This document shows, piece after piece, positions 34,303-43,049 of a stretch of 45,757 nucleotides of DNA. Made by a program: the position numbers and the translations under genes. Source of the stretch: Candidatus Woesearchaeota archaeon (lineage in GTDB: Archaea; Nanobdellota; Nanobdellia; Woesearchaeales; GW2011-AR4); the NCBI GenBank assembly GCA_018303645.1, contig JAGVXR010000058.1:1-45757 (forward strand), written 5' to 3'. Position 1 is the stretch's first letter, and each line of letters opens with the position of its first letter. A model generated the notes under the pieces. That model made no database searches. It was not told the DNA's origin and saw only the letters and a list, made by a program, of their open reading frames with translations.

Positions 34303-34587
34303 TCATTCTTTTTTATCATCAATTCTCCTGTAATCTTGTCCAAACCTATACCAATTCCAGAATATTTGCCTGTCTTCAACTGGAATGCCAATTTTTTTAA
34401 AGTCTATTGGTGGTTTGATCTCCCCTTTGTACCCGTAGGCAAGAGCGGTGTAACTTGTACCTTTTTTAAGATTTTCTGGTATATTCCCCTCTAAACTTAA
34501 AGCAGGTTCAATTTTAAATCTCCTATAAAGCTTAATGAAGTGAGAGTCTATTGTTGCTAGCATTGTTGTCTCATCAATCTTAACCAC
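34303..34587 (-). CDS. Hypothetical protein
   Basis: 94-aa ORF with a GTG start 32 nt downstream of TTTTAAAA. Confidence 0.4.
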   Translation of the reverse strand: MVKIDETTMLATIDSHFIKLYRRFKIEPALSLEGNIPENLKKGTSYTALAYGYKGEIKPPIDFKKIGIPVEDRQIFWNWYRFGQDYRRIDDKKE

Positions 34588-34651
34588 TCACATGGAGTTT
34601 TGGTTTTTTGTTTTTAAAACTTTCTATAAGAGTAAAGGAGTTTTTCAGTTA

Positions 34652-34661
34652 CCTTTTTAAA
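34652..34661 (+). promoter_or_regulatory. BRE/TATA-like element CCTTTTTAAA upstream of tRNA-Lys
   Basis: Identical to the element at 28279-28288, with the same spacing to the mature 5' end. Confidence 0.5.
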
Positions 34662-34687
34662 TTCAATATTTTTCTAGTGCTTTTATC

Positions 34688-34788
34688 GGGCCCATAGCTC
34701 AGCCTGCTTAGAGCACCTGTCTAATTGGTGTGAAACTCTTAAGTAGGAAGAAATCAGGGGGTCAGGGGTTGAAATCCCCTTGGGCCCA
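34688..34788 (+). tRNA. Intron-containing tRNA, best model tRNA-Lys (CUU) with two short introns
   Basis: Acceptor GGGCCCA/TGGGCCC, D arm GCTC/GAGC, T arm AGGGG-TTGAAAT-CCCCT. 26 extra nt in the anticodon region. Removing 34720-34734 and 34743-34753 gives CCTGA-CTCTTAA-TCAGG. Confidence 0.75.
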
Positions 34789-34833
34789 TTTTATTTGATT
34801 AACTTTAAGTATACTAAATAACTACCTTTTTCC

Positions 34834-35934
34834 ATGATACAGGATGTTTTCATAATCGGGGCAACGGGCAGGGTTGGGGCTGCTTTAATAAATCAAATCA
34901 TCAAAAAAGGGGACATTGACAATAATTTTCATGTGAATCCTACGAGAATCATGGGGCTTGCCTCGAGCACACATGTAGTATACGCCCAAAAAGGGCTTTC
35001 TGAGCAGCAAGCTCTTGATTTTACAAACAAGCATCATGATGGCGCAAAAGCATACTATGATCTCAATGAGCTTTTTGAGCTTGCTAACAGAAAAAGCGAT
35101 GAAAGCTCGCTTGCATTTGTTGATGTTACTTCAGTCAATGAGGCGATGACGGAATTCCATAAAAAGGTGATTGGCAGTTCTGCGCATGGCATTGTTACAG
35201 CGAACAAGAATCCCGTTGCCTTATCAGATTACGAAACTTTCCAATTGCTCACCAGAAATCCAAGAAGATACGGCTACAGGTGCTCTGTCATGGCAGGGGC
35301 AGAGGCAGTTCCATTTCTTCGCGACTTGAGGGACTTGAACGACAGCCTTAAGTCAATTCAAGGATGTTTTTCAGGCACGTTTGGATATATAACCTCAGAG
35401 CTTGAAAAAGGCAGAGAATTCTCAGCTATTGTAATGGGGGCATATTCAAAGGGCTATACTGAGCCTCATCCAAAAGACGACTTAAGCGGCATTGACGTTG
35501 CAAGAAAAATTGTTGTATTGGCAAGAAGCGCTGGCTATAATGTTGGAATGAATGATGTTGCAATAAAGCCGTTGGTGCCCAATAACTATCTGGAAGAGGG
35601 CAATGTAAAAATATTCCTTGATAAATTGAAGGAGCTTGATGCGGAATTTAAAGGTAGGGTTGCTCAGGCTATGAAAAACGGCTTAGCATTGAGGTATGCT
35701 GCCACAATGGACGTTTCAAATAAAAAGCCAGTAATTGAAGTTGCTTTAAGGGAAGTGCCAAAGCAGGGCCAGCTTGGAAGAATTTATGGCACTATGAACA
35801 AGATTATCATTATTTCAGAATCCTATCCAAATGGCTATTGCATAGAAGCGCCAGGCGCAGGGCTTGAAGTGACTGCGCGGAATATAAGAAGGGATTTGCT
35901 TGATTTGTTGCCTGAAAGGAAAATATCTTTTTAG
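34834..35934 (+). CDS. hom: Homoserine dehydrogenase
   Basis: IIGATGRVGAAL NAD(P)-binding motif and GCFSGTFGYI...GYTEPHPKDDLSGIDVARKIVVLARSAG. Confidence 0.75.
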   Translation: MIQDVFIIGATGRVGAALINQIIKKGDIDNNFHVNPTRIMGLASSTHVVYAQKGLSEQQALDFTNKHHDGAKAYYDLNELFELANRKSDESSLAFVDVTSVNEAMTEFHKKVIGSSAHGIVTANKNPVALSDYETFQLLTRNPRRYGYRCSVMAGAEAVPFLRDLRDLNDSLKSIQGCFSGTFGYITSELEKGREFSAIVMGAYSKGYTEPHPKDDLSGIDVARKIVVLARSAGYNVGMNDVAIKPLVPNNYLEEGNVKIFLDKLKELDAEFKGRVAQAMKNGLALRYAATMDVSNKKPVIEVALREVPKQGQLGRIYGTMNKIIIISESYPNGYCIEAPGAGLEVTARNIRRDLLDLLPERKISF

Positions 35935-35935
35935 C

Positions 35936-36592
35936 CTATTTTCCAACCATTTCCTGCAAAATATCATAGGCTTTCATCGAATCTTTCTTGTTTAATATAA
36001 AAGTCAGCTCTGTCATTGTCGATACAATTTCATAAATATTTATATTGTTCCATGCCATTCTGCTGACAGCATTGAATATGACTCCGGGAGTGTAAAAGAA
36101 CTCCTCGCCGGAAAATATTATTGCCAAAGCCACCAGACTGGTCTCCTTGTTTACTGTTTTTTCTCCTGCTAGGAATCTGGTTAATTTGTCTATATATCTC
36201 TCATTTATCATGATGCTTACTTCATTGCTTCCCATTATCACATTCAAAGTGTCGCCCCTCTCAAAATTCACCAAATTATGTATGCTTTTCAATTTTACTA
36301 ATAAGCTCGGTGATTTTAAAATGGTGAAATCACAAATATTTGTCTTCAGCAATATTTCCCCTTTCAGGCTAAATGCTTTTGACTTTTTCCTGTGCTCAGC
36401 AATCTCTTCAGAATAGCGCCTCAAAGCCATGACAACTGCAGCCTGCTTGGCTTTTTTGCCCAGCTCTTTCTCTATACTCGGAAGCATATGCTCAGCGAGG
36501 CTTGCTATGCTTATTATTCCATTTGCAAGCCCCTCCTCTACAAAAGGCTGCTCGCTTACAATCTTCTTGACAATGTGGCTTACGGTTGGCAT
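35936..36592 (-). CDS. ACT-domain-type regulatory protein (hypothetical)
   Basis: Weak resemblance to the tandem ACT regions of aspartokinase C-termini. No kinase domain. Confidence 0.35.
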   Translation of the reverse strand: MPTVSHIVKKIVSEQPFVEEGLANGIISIASLAEHMLPSIEKELGKKAKQAAVVMALRRYSEEIAEHRKKSKAFSLKGEILLKTNICDFTILKSPSLLVKLKSIHNLVNFERGDTLNVIMGSNEVSIMINERYIDKLTRFLAGEKTVNKETSLVALAIIFSGEEFFYTPGVIFNAVSRMAWNNINIYEIVSTMTELTFILNKKDSMKAYDILQEMVGK

Positions 36593-36669
36593 AACAATAA
36601 TGTTTCAAAATGTTATTATAATAACATAATATTTATATAGGTTGTATAAATACTTTGCGGTAGGTAAAA

Positions 36670-37077
36670 ATGGGACAGAACGGAAATCACAGAGCAATTG
36701 AATATGAATCTTATATGATGCACGGTTCACAAGAATATGGTGTTATGTTACTCAACTTAGGCAATGGTGTAGCTATCCAACCCATAGCAGAGAGCGTGGC
36801 ACAAAGGTTGGAAGAGAGACTAGGAACTCCAGTTAAAGTTGCACAATTTACACCAAATACAAGACATATTGATGGAAAGTTTCAACCAGGCGGTGATTAT
36901 GCAACATATCACCTACAGGCAGAAAATAGACCAGATGTAAAAGCCTTTGTTGAGTGTTCAGACGAAAATAGTGACTGGGTGAATATCAGATTAAACGTAA
37001 AGAATGGTTTAGATGCAAGAGAATTCCTAGAACAATATAGGAATATAAGCCTAACACTTATGCCAAACCCTCCCTAA
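36670..37077 (+). CDS. Hypothetical protein
   Basis: 135-aa ORF with no recognisable motif. Confidence 0.45.
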   Translation: MGQNGNHRAIEYESYMMHGSQEYGVMLLNLGNGVAIQPIAESVAQRLEERLGTPVKVAQFTPNTRHIDGKFQPGGDYATYHLQAENRPDVKAFVECSDENSDWVNIRLNVKNGLDAREFLEQYRNISLTLMPNPP

Positions 37078-37183
37078 ATGATCCGAGCATGATTTTCCTG
37101 CCTAAAACTTTTTACTTGTTTTTTAATTCATCAATTTTCTTTTTTCCACAATCTTTATATAATGTTTTGTGTTTTTTTGTTCT

Positions 37184-38872
37184 ATGCAAAACAAGCAGGA
37201 GAAAAGCTTTGAGGACATCTTCTGGGCAGACACTATTGCAGACGAAGCAATAAAAAGGACGGAAACAAATCCCTTGCTTAAAGAAATCACCAAAAAGCAC
37301 GGGTTTATTGTAATGGACGAGAAAACACCTTCTGGAACAATCCATATAGGCTCAGGAAGAGGTTGGGTAATAAGCGATGCGATTGCAAAGGCTTTGATAA
37401 ACAAAGGAGTCAAAGCAAGGTTTATTCTGAGCAGTGACGACATGGACCCGTTAGACAAGTCTGCAAAAGAACTTAGCAAGGAAGAGAATGAAAAGTATAT
37501 GGGGGTGCCTTTTCGCTATATTCCAAGCCCTGTCAAAGGCTACAAAAGCTATGGCGACTATTTCTTCAGCCAGTGCACTGAATTATTTCCAGATTTTGGG
37601 ATAGAGGCAGAGCTTGAAAGCACAGGGCATGAATATGAAAAAGGCTCTTTCAATAAAACTATAAAGACAGCGCTTGACAATGCAGGCAAAATCCAGAAAA
37701 TTTACGCTGACTTGTACGGCGAAGAAGCTGCCATGGCAAACAAGCTGCCTTTCAATGTGAAATGCCCAAAATGCAACAGGATATCAACAACATTGGCGAT
37801 TGAATGGGACTCAAAAAAAGAGATGATTTGTTTTGAATGCAGGAATGATGTTGTCGAGTGGGCAAAAGGCTGCGGTTACAAAGGCTGGATTTCCCCTTAC
37901 AACGGCAACGGCAAGTTCCCTTGGAAAGTTGAATGGGCGGCGAAATGGCTCACAAAGCAGGTTATAGTTGAGACGGCAGGCAAGGATCATTTCACCCAGA
38001 ACGGCTCGAGGACTGTGGCGTGCAGAATTGCAGTTGATGTATTCAATTATCCGCCACCATATCCCTCGGATGGTTATGAGACTGGGCAGGGCTATGAATT
38101 TTTCATGGTCGGCGGCAAGAAGATGTCCACATCAAAAGGGCATGGGCTTGGGTTTGCTGAGTCTGTAAATTATGCTCCTGCAAAAATGCTGAGGTTTTTG
38201 CTGATAAGAACAAGGCCAAATGCAGCCATTGACTTTGACCCATACACTAATGACCTAATCCTGCTTTACGAGAGGTACGACCAGGCAGAAAGGGTATACT
38301 TTGGCAAGGAAGACATGGGAGAGAAGGAAAATACAAGGCAGAAAAGAATCTACGAGATGAGCCACGTTGGAAAAATTCCGAAAAAGATGCCTCCGCAGGT
38401 GAGCCTGATTCACGCCTCAATGCTTGTGCAGATTTTTGAAGACGAGAAAATGATTTTTGAGTCATTGAAAGGCACGGGGCATCTGCCTGAAAAAGCCTCA
38501 AAATCCGACATTGACTGCATAAAAGAAAGGCTTGCATTTGCGAAGAAATGGGTTGAGGAGTTTGCAGAGGAGCAGTTTAGGTTCAAGCTACAGCACAAAG
38601 TTCCCGACAATATTGATTTGAGTCAAAAGCAGAAGGATGCATTGCATCTGCTGGCTGAAAAGTTAAAAAAACAAGAATGGGACGAGAAATCACTGTTCAA
38701 CGAGTTTTACAGCATCTGTAAGGAATTTGGCATAAAGAACACCGAGTTTTTTGAGGCAGCTTACAAGGTTTTGCTGAACAAGGAAAAAGGGCCGAAACTG
38801 GCGCCTTTTATACTTGCTTTGGGAAAGGAGAAAGTTTATAAATTATCAGAAGTCTCTCTAATTTTTTTATAG
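37184..38872 (+). CDS. lysK: Lysyl-tRNA synthetase, class I
   Basis: TPSGTIHIGSGRG (HIGH-type) and KMSTSKG (KMSKS). TATA about 30 nt upstream of ATG 37184. The track's GTG 37169 is less likely. Confidence 0.85.
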   Translation: MQNKQEKSFEDIFWADTIADEAIKRTETNPLLKEITKKHGFIVMDEKTPSGTIHIGSGRGWVISDAIAKALINKGVKARFILSSDDMDPLDKSAKELSKEENEKYMGVPFRYIPSPVKGYKSYGDYFFSQCTELFPDFGIEAELESTGHEYEKGSFNKTIKTALDNAGKIQKIYADLYGEEAAMANKLPFNVKCPKCNRISTTLAIEWDSKKEMICFECRNDVVEWAKGCGYKGWISPYNGNGKFPWKVEWAAKWLTKQVIVETAGKDHFTQNGSRTVACRIAVDVFNYPPPYPSDGYETGQGYEFFMVGGKKMSTSKGHGLGFAESVNYAPAKMLRFLLIRTRPNAAIDFDPYTNDLILLYERYDQAERVYFGKEDMGEKENTRQKRIYEMSHVGKIPKKMPPQVSLIHASMLVQIFEDEKMIFESLKGTGHLPEKASKSDIDCIKERLAFAKKWVEEFAEEQFRFKLQHKVPDNIDLSQKQKDALHLLAEKLKKQEWDEKSLFNEFYSICKEFGIKNTEFFEAAYKVLLNKEKGPKLAPFILALGKEKVYKLSEVSLIFL

Positions 38873-39161
38873 ATCTTCCAAGTGTGTCGGGGTTTTTATT
38901 ATCGCCAAACTTTACGCTCTTCAAATAACTTTCTATTTCAGAAGATTTACAGTCGCCCGCATGCTCTATCACATCAAGAATTTCTTTAACCAGCAATTGA
39001 TAATTTTTAGTAAAATATCTGAATGCCATTGATAATACTTTTTCCTGAAAAGTACCCAATCCTTGTTCGCCACATGTTTTTATATACTCTGTCACGAGGG
39101 CTTTGCTTAAATCATTTTTTGATATTTTACCCCGGTTTACTATTGCTTGCAAATCCGCCAT
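38808..39161 (-). CDS. Hypothetical protein at the distal end of the lar operon
   Basis: 117-aa ORF. Its 3' end overlaps the lysK 3' end by 65 nt. Confidence 0.45.
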   Translation of the reverse strand: MADLQAIVNRGKISKNDLSKALVTEYIKTCGEQGLGTFQEKVLSMAFRYFTKNYQLLVKEILDVIEHAGDCKSSEIESYLKSVKFGDNKNPDTLGRSIKKLERLLIIYKLSPFPKQV

Positions 39162-39184
39162 AGCAAGATGTAATGTGGACTTAT

Positions 39185-39433
39185 TTAAATTATTTTACCT
39201 TTTAAATCTCCATAAACCTTCTTCAACGGAATTTTATATTTCTTAGCAATCCTCGCGCAATCCTCATATTCAGGCATTATATTTTTTATTTGATTGTTTA
39301 GTCTTGAAATCTTGACTCTTACATTGCCATACTTTGTCTTTATTATTTTGATTTCCCTGTCAAGGCTTCTCTTTTCAGCGCTAAAAATCCTGACTCCAAG
39401 AGTTGTTGTCTCGTCAAAGATTATATTGCACAA
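39185..39433 (-). CDS. larC: LarC (nickel-pincer cofactor Ni insertase), C-terminal segment in a +1 frame
   Basis: IFDETTTLGVRIF...YGNVRVK...PEYEDCARIAKKYKIPLKKVY. Only a TTG start. The frame is open upstream to 39484. Confidence 0.7.
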   Translation of the reverse strand: MCNIIFDETTTLGVRIFSAEKRSLDREIKIIKTKYGNVRVKISRLNNQIKNIMPEYEDCARIAKKYKIPLKKVYGDLKGKII

Positions 39434-39452
39434 TTTATCAGTGTCTTTTATT

Positions 39453-40334
39453 TCACATAAAACGCTTGGCAGGCCTGCCTTTTTTCATGATTATGCTGAT
39501 TAAGTAGGCATCCAAAGCTCCATTCTCCATAAGCTTTTCAATAACATAAGGATAAATCTCAGGGTTCATGTTGTCGATGTTTGCTTCGATTATGTTTATT
39601 GCCTCATTTTCAATTTTGTCCAATTCTCCGTAAAAAACTCTTAAAACATTCGGCTGTTTCAAATTCTTTGCTCCTGCACCGTAGCCGATTTTCTCAACCT
39701 TCATTGCAGGCATTTCTCCGAATTTTTCAGCCAAAGTTGTTATAATAGCAGCTCCAGTAGGAGTCACAAGCTCTGCTTCGATATTGTTGTGATAAATAGG
39801 CATGCCTTTCAATATCTCAGCAGTTGCAGGCGCTGGGACTGGAAATTTCCCATGAGAGAATTCTATAAATCCAGTACCAACATTGAGTTTTGAACAATAA
39901 ATCTTGGCTATTCCTAATTTTTTCAACCCAATAACAGCGCCAGCGACATCAATTATTGTATCAATTGCCCCTATTTCATGAAAATGAATTTTATCAATTG
40001 ACTTGTTGTGGATTTTTGCCTCTGCAGTCCCTATTTTAAGGAATATTTCTTTAATTGTATTTTTTATCCCATTATCTAATTTTGAATTGTCAATTATTTT
40101 GTTGATTTCTTTCAGATTTCTTTCATCATGGTGCTTATGCTCTTCAATCAAATCAAATTTTGTCGCTGATATTCCATTTTTAACAATCTTTTTTGATTCA
40201 ATCCCGTAATTCTTTAGATTTAGCTTTTGCAATTCCTTTCTTAAATAGCCCATATCCAAGCCCAAGTTTATCAAAGCTCCAAGTATCATGTCTCCGCTGA
40301 TTCCGCTGAAACAATCAAAGTATGCGGTTTTCAT
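39453..40334 (-). CDS. larC: LarC (DUF111), N-terminal segment
   Basis: MKTAYFDCFSGISGDMILGALINLG...HFHEIGAIDTIIDVAG...IIMKKGRPA, then premature stop. Confidence 0.8.
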   Translation of the reverse strand: MKTAYFDCFSGISGDMILGALINLGLDMGYLRKELQKLNLKNYGIESKKIVKNGISATKFDLIEEHKHHDERNLKEINKIIDNSKLDNGIKNTIKEIFLKIGTAEAKIHNKSIDKIHFHEIGAIDTIIDVAGAVIGLKKLGIAKIYCSKLNVGTGFIEFSHGKFPVPAPATAEILKGMPIYHNNIEAELVTPTGAAIITTLAEKFGEMPAMKVEKIGYGAGAKNLKQPNVLRVFYGELDKIENEAINIIEANIDNMNPEIYPYVIEKLMENGALDAYLISIIMKKGRPAKRFM

Positions 40335-40339
40335 AGAAA

Positions 40340-41083
40340 TCACTTGTTTATCATGCTTGCAAAATATCCAGCACCAAATCCGTTGTCAATGTTGACGACA
40401 ACAACTCCCGGGGAGCATGAGTTTAGCATTGTAAGCAAAGGTGCAATTCCTTTAAATGACGCCCCATAGCCAACAGAAGTCGGCACTGCAATAATCGGCT
40501 TGCCGAACAATCCTGAGACAACGCTTGGCAGCACGCCGTCCATGCCTGCAACAATAATAAGCACACTAGCTTCTTCTAGTTTTTCTTTGCTGCTCAGCAG
40601 TCGGTGCAGTCCTGCAACTCCAACATCATAAATTCTTTCGACATTATTTCCCATGACTTCTGCAACAACTGCCGCTTCTTCTGCAACGCTGATGTCTGAG
40701 GTGCCTGCGCTCAAAACAAGGATTTTACCTTTTCTGGCTTTGTTTTTATCGCTGCTTATTATTATTGTCCTTGAAATTTTGTTGTATTGCGCGTTTTTGA
40801 CGTGCTTTTTGACTTCATTGAACATCTCTTCTGTCGCCCTTGTTGCCAGAACATTTGAATTGATGGCTGCTAATTTTTTGACTATTGCAACAACTTGCTC
40901 TGTTGTCTTGTTCTGGCAGAAAACAACCTCTGGAAAGCCTTTCCTCAATGCCCTGTGATGGTCAATCTTTGCAAATCCTATGTCTTCGTATGGAAGAAAC
41001 TTCATTTTTTTTACAGCTCCGTCTATGCTGAGCTTTCCCTTTGCCACCCCCTTCATTAATTTCCTAATTTTTTGCTCGTACAT
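40340..41083 (-). CDS. larB: LarB (PurE-like nicotinic acid adenine dinucleotide carboxylase/hydrolase)
   Basis: VLSAGTSDISVAEEAAVVAEVMG...IIVAGMDGVLPSVVSGL...PIIAVPTSVGYG. Confidence 0.8.
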   Translation of the reverse strand: MYEQKIRKLMKGVAKGKLSIDGAVKKMKFLPYEDIGFAKIDHHRALRKGFPEVVFCQNKTTEQVVAIVKKLAAINSNVLATRATEEMFNEVKKHVKNAQYNKISRTIIISSDKNKARKGKILVLSAGTSDISVAEEAAVVAEVMGNNVERIYDVGVAGLHRLLSSKEKLEEASVLIIVAGMDGVLPSVVSGLFGKPIIAVPTSVGYGASFKGIAPLLTMLNSCSPGVVVVNIDNGFGAGYFASMINK

Positions 41084-41879
41084 TGATTACCGAGTTTAAA
41101 TTCCCGCTTTTGAAGCTTGCAATTGCTATTTCATCAAATCCTATTTGATTGAATATTTTTTCAATTAATTGAAGATTGCTATTTATTGTTGATTTATCAG
41201 CCTCCTTGGCTTCTATTCTCGCCAAACTGCCAAAATGCCTTACCCTCAATTCCCTTATTCCGAAATCTTTGAGAAAATTTTCAGCTTCTTCAATCATTGA
41301 CAATTTTTTCAGTGTTATCTCGCTTCCATAAGGCACTCTTGAAGATAGGCACGGAGATGACGGCTTGTCCCAAATTCTTAAACCAAGCTCTTTTGCCAGT
41401 TGCCTGACTTCATTTTTTGTGATTTCGGCTTTTTTTAACGGGCTTATCACATTGTTTTCATCGGCAGCCTTAAGCCCTGGGCGAAAGTCACCCAAGTCGT
41501 CAAAGTTTGTTCCATTTAGGATGTTTTTAATTCCAAGTTGTTCAGAAATCAATTTAAGCTTTGTATAAAGCTCTGATTTGCAGTGATAGCACCTGTTGCT
41601 TGGGTTTTTCAGGTAGTTTTCATTTTGAGTTTCTTCTGTATTTATTATTAAATGCTTTGCGCCAATCTGCTTCGCTATATTTTTTGTTTCTTCCAGTTCT
41701 CTTCTTGGCAATGAAGGGCTGTCTGCAGTAACAGCAACAACATTATTGCCTAAAATATCATGAGCTACTTTAAGAACTAACGCGCTGTCAACCCCGCCAG
41801 AAAACGCGACTATTGCGCTGCCTAGTTTTTTTATCTCATTCCTAAGTTTTTCATATTTTTGGCTTAATTCTTTTTCCAT
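41064..41879 (-). CDS. larE: LarE (PP-loop ATP-dependent sulfur transferase)
   Basis: VAFSGGVDSALVLKVA PP-loop, plus CYHCK and SPCLSSR motifs. Confidence 0.8.
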   Translation of the reverse strand: MEKELSQKYEKLRNEIKKLGSAIVAFSGGVDSALVLKVAHDILGNNVVAVTADSPSLPRRELEETKNIAKQIGAKHLIINTEETQNENYLKNPSNRCYHCKSELYTKLKLISEQLGIKNILNGTNFDDLGDFRPGLKAADENNVISPLKKAEITKNEVRQLAKELGLRIWDKPSSPCLSSRVPYGSEITLKKLSMIEEAENFLKDFGIRELRVRHFGSLARIEAKEADKSTINSNLQLIEKIFNQIGFDEIAIASFKSGNLNSVINVRAKN

Positions 41880-41884
41880 TTTAC

Positions 41885-42538
41885 CTAAAATAACATCAAT
41901 GCCCCATAAACCACTCCAGCAGAGCCTGTGCCTAAAGAAACAAGCTTGTATATTTTTTCGCTGTGCAGTTTTATCAGCGGGTATGAAAAGGCAAACGCAA
42001 AAAGCAGCATTCCAAGGGCAACGCCAAAGCTGAACAGTCCAATTGCTGCAATCAAGCCTGCAAGCGATGTGACTGCAAGCGAGGCAGCAAACAGCATCAA
42101 AAGCTCGTTGTTGCTTGCGAGCCCGTGCACGACTCCGATTCCAAACATGTGCTTGTGGGCACGCTTATCATAATGCCTCTTGAGATGAATGTGCGGATGT
42201 GAATGAACTATGCTTCCGTGCCTATGCGCATGAGAATGAAGGCTTAAAAAATTCTTCAAGCTTAAAATTCCAAGCATTATCAGCATTAACCCGGCAATCT
42301 TTTCGAAATGCGGAAGGACATTGCTCAAAAAAGACTCCTTAAAAATGAAAAATATTATTGTTATAGTTGCTGCCGTAAGCATGTGCCCGGCTGCCCAGCT
42401 GAAGCCGATTTTTATAGATGATTTTATTGAATCAGATCTCCTTAATATGTTTGAGGCTGCAATCAGGTGGTCGGAGTCATAGCTGTGCCTGAACCCGAGC
42501 GTCAAGGCAAGAGCCATAAACGAGATTGATTCCAGCAT
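41885..42538 (-). CDS. Nickel/cobalt transporter (NicO/NiCoT-like) with His-rich loop
   Basis: GFRHSYDSDHLIA signature, six TM segments, and loop HSHAHRHGSIVHSHPHIHLKRHYDKRAHKH. Confidence 0.7.
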   Translation of the reverse strand: MLESISFMALALTLGFRHSYDSDHLIAASNILRRSDSIKSSIKIGFSWAAGHMLTAATITIIFFIFKESFLSNVLPHFEKIAGLMLIMLGILSLKNFLSLHSHAHRHGSIVHSHPHIHLKRHYDKRAHKHMFGIGVVHGLASNNELLMLFAASLAVTSLAGLIAAIGLFSFGVALGMLLFAFAFSYPLIKLHSEKIYKLVSLGTGSAGVVYGALMLF

Positions 42539-42631
42539 TATATTGCAGTATATTCAGAGTTTATATAAATATTACGCTTTTTACAATCGTGTTACGAAAA
42601 ATATTTAAAGCAAAGCGATAAAATGGTTTGC

Positions 42632-43021
42632 ATGGACAAAGTTGTAAGGACTGGAATATCTTTTGAGCCTAAATTGCTGAAATTATTTGACAAATTCCTG
42701 AAGGAAAAAGGATACACGAACAGGTCGGAGGCGATTAACGACATTATAAGGGACAGGCTGACCCATATGCACGAAAGCCAGATTATTGGAACGATAAAAG
42801 TAGTCTATGATCAGCGAGTCGGGCATTACAGCAAGAACGTCTCAAACCTTCAGCACGACTACCACTGCCAGATTGTTTCTTCAATGCACACTTACTTGGA
42901 CCACCACACATGTTTGGAGCTGATTGTTGTCAAAGGAAGGACTGAAAGGGTTAAAAAGCTGCTGAAGAAGATAAAAGACACTGAAGGGGTCAAGGAAGCG
43001 GAGTTGGTGTTGGAAGGATGA
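42632..43021 (+). CDS. nikR: Nickel-responsive regulator NikR
   Basis: Ribbon-helix-helix VRTGISFEPKLLKLFDKFLKEKGYTNRSEAINDIIRD and C-terminal metal-binding HDYH...HTYLDHHTCLE. ATG 42623 is an alternative start. Confidence 0.8.
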   Translation: MDKVVRTGISFEPKLLKLFDKFLKEKGYTNRSEAINDIIRDRLTHMHESQIIGTIKVVYDQRVGHYSKNVSNLQHDYHCQIVSSMHTYLDHHTCLELIVVKGRTERVKKLLKKIKDTEGVKEAELVLEG

Positions 43022-43049
43022 AATACTATTTTTGTCTCTCTTTCTTATA

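Noticed and set aside
34688-34788. Single canonical 37/38 intron model for the tRNA (anticodon AAU, Ile-like)
   Set aside because: It gives A34, U37 and a U31-U39 mismatch, none expected for archaeal tRNAs. The two-intron Lys(CUU) model gives a perfect anticodon arm.
37123-37479. 118-aa minus-strand ORF, and the 37112-37345 ORF
   Set aside because: Both are antisense to, or overlap, the 5' part and promoter of class I LysRS.
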